The notes beneath the pieces are model-generated. The model was not told the origin of the DNA, ran no database searches, and was given only the letters and a program-made list of their open reading frames with translations. Source: a virus. Taken from it: a DNA stretch of 64,000 nt. The DNA is taken from IMG/VR virus record IMGVR_UViG_3300034102_002416; one strand, given 5' to 3'. The position numbers and the translations under genes were made by a program. Shown here piece after piece: positions 59,102-64,000 of this stretch; the first letter of the stretch is position 1, and each line of letters starts with the position of its first letter.

Positions 59102-60292
59102 CTAATTACTTAATGGGGCAACAATTTTAGGATGTGATTGATAGTTTTCTACTTGAAAATCTGTTGGATCTATATGGGTAAACAAAGATGTATCTTCACT
59201 TAACGCTTTATAGAACTCATCTGTTTTCATATGTTTTAAAACAGGCAGTGGGTATGGTTCTCTTGTTCGGGTTGGTATACCAGCTTTATCGTATTGTTCT
59301 TCTTTAGACCAATCCTTTATCATTCTAAATTCATATCCTCTATCTTCGAATATTCTATACCTTTCAGATTCACTTAGTTCTCTACCAATCTGTTCTTTAG
59401 CTTGTTCAACGTGATTCAAATACAAATGTGTATCACCCAAGTTACCAATCAATTCATCAGGAATCATATTAACTGCCTTAGCAATGATTTCTAATAACAA
59501 TCCGTAAGATGCAATATTGAATGGTAAACCTAAAAATGTATCTACTGAACGTTGATTCCACATTAAAGAGATTGCTCTGGTTGGGATATTTAATTTTTCA
59601 CATTGTTCTATCCAACCTTCTTCACTTTGGTTTCCTAAAAATGTATTTAATATTGGTAATACTTTTTTAGCAATAACTTTTCTTTCTTCTAAACTCAACT
59701 CTCTTGTATAAACTTGAAATCCATAATGACAAGGTGGAAGAGTCATTTGATCCAATTCTCCAACATTCCAAGCATTAACCATCAAACGTCTTGAGTCTGG
59801 ATTGGTTTTAAGGTCACGGATTAGGTTTGAGATTTGGTCTATATCTTTCTTCCAATGTTCATATCGAGGAGCATCAGTATCATCTGTTTCCCAATTTCTC
59901 CATTGCCTACCATATACAGGCCCGAGCGACCCCCACTTTTTAGCAAACTCAGGATTAGTTTTTATAGCTTCAACGAACTCGTCTTTATCCATTTCAAAAT
60001 TACCTTTGTAAGTGTTTAGGTAGTTTTTGAAAGCATCACCATCCCAAATATGGCAATCATTGTCAACAAGATATTTGATGTTAGTATCGCCACGTAGGAA
60101 CCACAACAACTCTGTTGCTATAAGACGGAATGGCATCTTCTTGGTTGTAAGAAGTGGAAACCCATCTAACATCTTGTGTCGAATCTGTCGGCCGAACACT
60201 GAAAGTGTGCCTCCATTTCTAGTTTCCTTTGTTACTCCGTTGTCTAGGATGTCTTGCAGTAGGTCTGTGTATTGTTTATCTAACGTGTTCAT
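59102..60292 (-). CDS. thyA: Thymidylate synthase
   Basis: Start MNTLDKQY; FPLLTTKK, ELLWFLRG, LGPVYGRQWR, LPPCH, NQRSVD..GLPFNIASY, DTHLYLNH. Confidence 0.95.
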   Translation of the reverse strand: MNTLDKQYTDLLQDILDNGVTKETRNGGTLSVFGRQIRHKMLDGFPLLTTKKMPFRLIATELLWFLRGDTNIKYLVDNDCHIWDGDAFKNYLNTYKGNFEMDKDEFVEAIKTNPEFAKKWGSLGPVYGRQWRNWETDDTDAPRYEHWKKDIDQISNLIRDLKTNPDSRRLMVNAWNVGELDQMTLPPCHYGFQVYTRELSLEERKVIAKKVLPILNTFLGNQSEEGWIEQCEKLNIPTRAISLMWNQRSVDTFLGLPFNIASYGLLLEIIAKAVNMIPDELIGNLGDTHLYLNHVEQAKEQIGRELSESERYRIFEDRGYEFRMIKDWSKEEQYDKAGIPTRTREPYPLPVLKHMKTDEFYKALSEDTSLFTHIDPTDFQVENYQSHPKIVAPLSN

Positions 60293-60608
60293 GTTAACAC
60301 AAATTTTCCTCGTATGGTTTATTAATAATCTTTTTAAGTCGATTGATTTCAGCAATCACATCATCACCTAGTTCAATCTTGGACATCAGGGATAGGTCAA
60401 TCATCTGAATATACAGTAACTCGATTAGAGCGTCTTTTGCTTGGTCTTTACTCATATTTGTTTAATCTTTTTTCAATAATAGATTCAAGCTCTGCTGTTA
60501 TTTCATTTTCAACGTCATCATCCAATTGATCCCACCAATCATCAAATCCGTTTCTTTCATATAATGTATCTAGGATTTCTAAAACACATTTTTTGATTTC
60601 TAATTTAG

Positions 60609-60878
60609 TCATCTTTGTTTGTATTTTCTAAACGTACGTTCGGTTACTTTGGTATGATATTGGTGAAATATGTTGTCCCATGGCCAATCCCAAAAAGCAT
60701 CATAATAATCTGCATTATATTGCAACACGTGTTTTATTAATGATTCTGAGTTATAGTACTCACTAATAAAACCTCCGTGTAATAACATCCATTTGTCTAC
60801 TACAACGCCACCGACATCTTGTTGAACGAATGTCCAACTACAATCTTTTCGTAATTTTTTTAGTAGTTTAGCTTTCAT
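60609..60878 (-). CDS. Hypothetical protein
   Basis: 89 aa ORF in operon. Confidence 0.45.
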   Translation of the reverse strand: MKAKLLKKLRKDCSWTFVQQDVGGVVVDKWMLLHGGFISEYYNSESLIKHVLQYNADYYDAFWDWPWDNIFHQYHTKVTERTFRKYKQR

Positions 60879-61126
60879 TCTTTAATCAAATGTTTTTCTA
60901 ATTTGTTAATAAGTGACTGTACTTCCTCAAATTTCCAGAAACGGATCGGATGCTGTGTGTTGAATACATCTACATACCATTGACCATCTTCTTCAATTTC
61001 ATCACTTGCTGATGATATAAAGGACATTCCGTTTGTGATTTGATAAGAATAGTAGTGGTGGTCTCCATCCCAATCACAGTAGTCTTCTCTTTCAAATCCT
61101 AATAATTGTAATTCTCTTTCTGTCAT
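60875..61126 (-). CDS. Hypothetical protein
   Basis: MTERELQLLGFE motif. Confidence 0.5.
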   Translation of the reverse strand: MTERELQLLGFEREDYCDWDGDHHYYSYQITNGMSFISSASDEIEEDGQWYVDVFNTQHPIRFWKFEEVQSLINKLEKHLIKE

Positions 61127-61142
61127 AACATATTATATGAAA

Positions 61143-61355
61143 TTATTCTATGATTTCAAAATCTACATCCGGGATAGTTTCACAAAACATGAAATGCGTT
61201 TGGGTTCGTAACACGTGATCTGCTCCTAACCACTTCATGTACGACTGCACATACTCCATGTTGGGTGGATCATCGAATCCTTTTGCAAAATGATGAACAG
61301 GAGTCTGCCGCATAACTATGTACGCGGCTTCTCCATGTTTATATACTGGTGTCAT
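61143..61355 (-). CDS. Hypothetical protein
   Basis: WLGADHVLR motif. Confidence 0.5.
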   Translation of the reverse strand: MTPVYKHGEAAYIVMRQTPVHHFAKGFDDPPNMEYVQSYMKWLGADHVLRTQTHFMFCETIPDVDFEIIE

Positions 61356-61372
61356 CTTTATTTACTTTTATA

Positions 61373-61629
61373 TTAACCATTGTTAAAAGTGCGTAATCCA
61401 GCATCAAACCACTCATCATAGGCTAGCATTATAGCATCAGATATATCTAACTTAGGATTATGTTTCATATGCTGCAATGCTAATGTAACTATTTGAGGAG
61501 TTACGCCGAAGTCATCGGCATCCCGTATAATACATTCTACAATAGCCAAAGACCGATGGATATCTTCCACCGGCCTTTTACGCTTCTTGTTTGTAATCTT
61601 TTTGAGTTGTTCGAATAACCGCTGTTCCA

Positions 61630-61630
<1 letters not shown>
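61373..61630 (-). CDS. Hypothetical protein
   Basis: Coupled to the groEL stop codon. Confidence 0.5.
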
Positions 61631-63255
<1,625 letters not shown>

Positions 63256-63289
63256 TTATCCTTTTATAACTTTATTTTAATATAAATAT

Positions 63290-64000
63290 TTACACAGCCA
63301 TTTCCAAGAATTTTTGATTCAATGTTTTTGCAACATCTCTCATATCTTCTGGATTGATGAATTGGGCATCGATGCCATACATTTTCTGAAAATTTTCTCG
63401 GGTATCTGCATATACATATCCAGAATAAATAAAATAACTTACAATGTTCATGCCTAATCCTCGGAAACCGTTAATAACACGTCGGGTGAATTGCACTCCG
63501 TTATAGTAACTGTCAGTGCCGGATATATCTGTAGGTTCACCATCTGAATAATTAAGGAATATCAATTCATCTCCTTTTGCGTCCGATTTAAGATCTGACT
63601 CAATACTTTTGAAAGCAATGCCCTCCGGAGTACATCCAAATGTTGTTAAGTATTTGAAATAGCTTCGTATCTTATTCATTTTGTCATGTGCCGAATCATA
63701 TGCATAAACCGTAACACATTTTTCACGACCTCCTCCTATAGTATCAGTACCGCGGAAAGCAATTTGTACTCGGATACCGGTTGTCATTGAAGCTGCTTGT
63801 GCGACTGCTACTGCACTTGTAATAGCTTGTTTGAACTTATCACCATTCATTGAACCAGATGCGTCAATTGAAATGTGTATGAAATAGTTCTTGTATCGAT
63901 CAGTTACTACACGATGAAACACATTCACATTGTTATATCCCAATTGAGATATTAAACGCTTATCAATTTTACCAGCTGCTAATCTGGTTGACTTCAAACT
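63290..64000 (-). CDS. vWA (MIDAS) domain protein, 5'-partial
   Basis: GKIDKR, IDASGSM, TPEG, SDGEP. Confidence 0.8.
   Translation of the reverse strand, partial: SLKSTRLAAGKIDKRLISQLGYNNVNVFHRVVTDRYKNYFIHISIDASGSMNGDKFKQAITSAVAVAQAASMTTGIRVQIAFRGTDTIGGGREKCVTVYAYDSAHDKMNKIRSYFKYLTTFGCTPEGIAFKSIESDLKSDAKGDELIFLNYSDGEPTDISGTDSYYNGVQFTRRVINGFRGLGMNIVSYFIYSGYVYADTRENFQKMYGIDAQFINPEDMRDVAKTLNQKFLEMAV

Noticed and set aside
59102-60292. Intron or intein in thyA
   Set aside because: The extra segments are short in-frame insertions without intein termini or group I intron features

Overview
This window is a fragment of a large AT-rich, T4-like (contractile-tail) jumbo bacteriophage genome, read in the standard genetic code and almost entirely on the minus strand. 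The host is most likely a Bacteroidota/Flavobacteriales bacterium, inferred from a T9SS type-B cargo gene, an Hc1-like protein, DUF4494, a Bacteroidota-type sigma factor and TTG/TAnnTTT(G/A) promoters. Layout: (1) 0.7-5.5 kb recombination and replication genes (fused Mre11-Rad50/SbcDC, primase, endonuclease I). (2) 5.5-23 kb late virion/baseplate operon and a gp55-like late sigma factor. (3) 23-39 kb mixed middle and late genes (HD hydrolase, UvsE, CAP protein, methyltransferase, SGNH-esterase/lysozyme fusion, Dps-like), many starting with an MI(K/R)LKxLLxE-type N-terminal tag. (4) 39.3-47.5 kb island of small-gene cassettes, most with a near-identical promoter and AAAAAGAGAGATATG leader, including a phage RpoD-like sigma factor. 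The island is bounded by a G-tract element and a TCTAAAAA iteron array and contains a ~300-nt structured ncRNA candidate. (5) 47.5-64 kb middle/accessory genes, a tRNA/ncRNA cluster, T9SS cargo, thioesterase, thyA, groEL and a vWA protein. Best candidate for an undescribed system: a three-copy RNA motif (anti-leader AAACAU(A/G)UCUCUCAA plus a GNRA hairpin) complementary to the shared start-codon leader of the cassette genes. All product calls come from motif recognition by eye; no searches were run.
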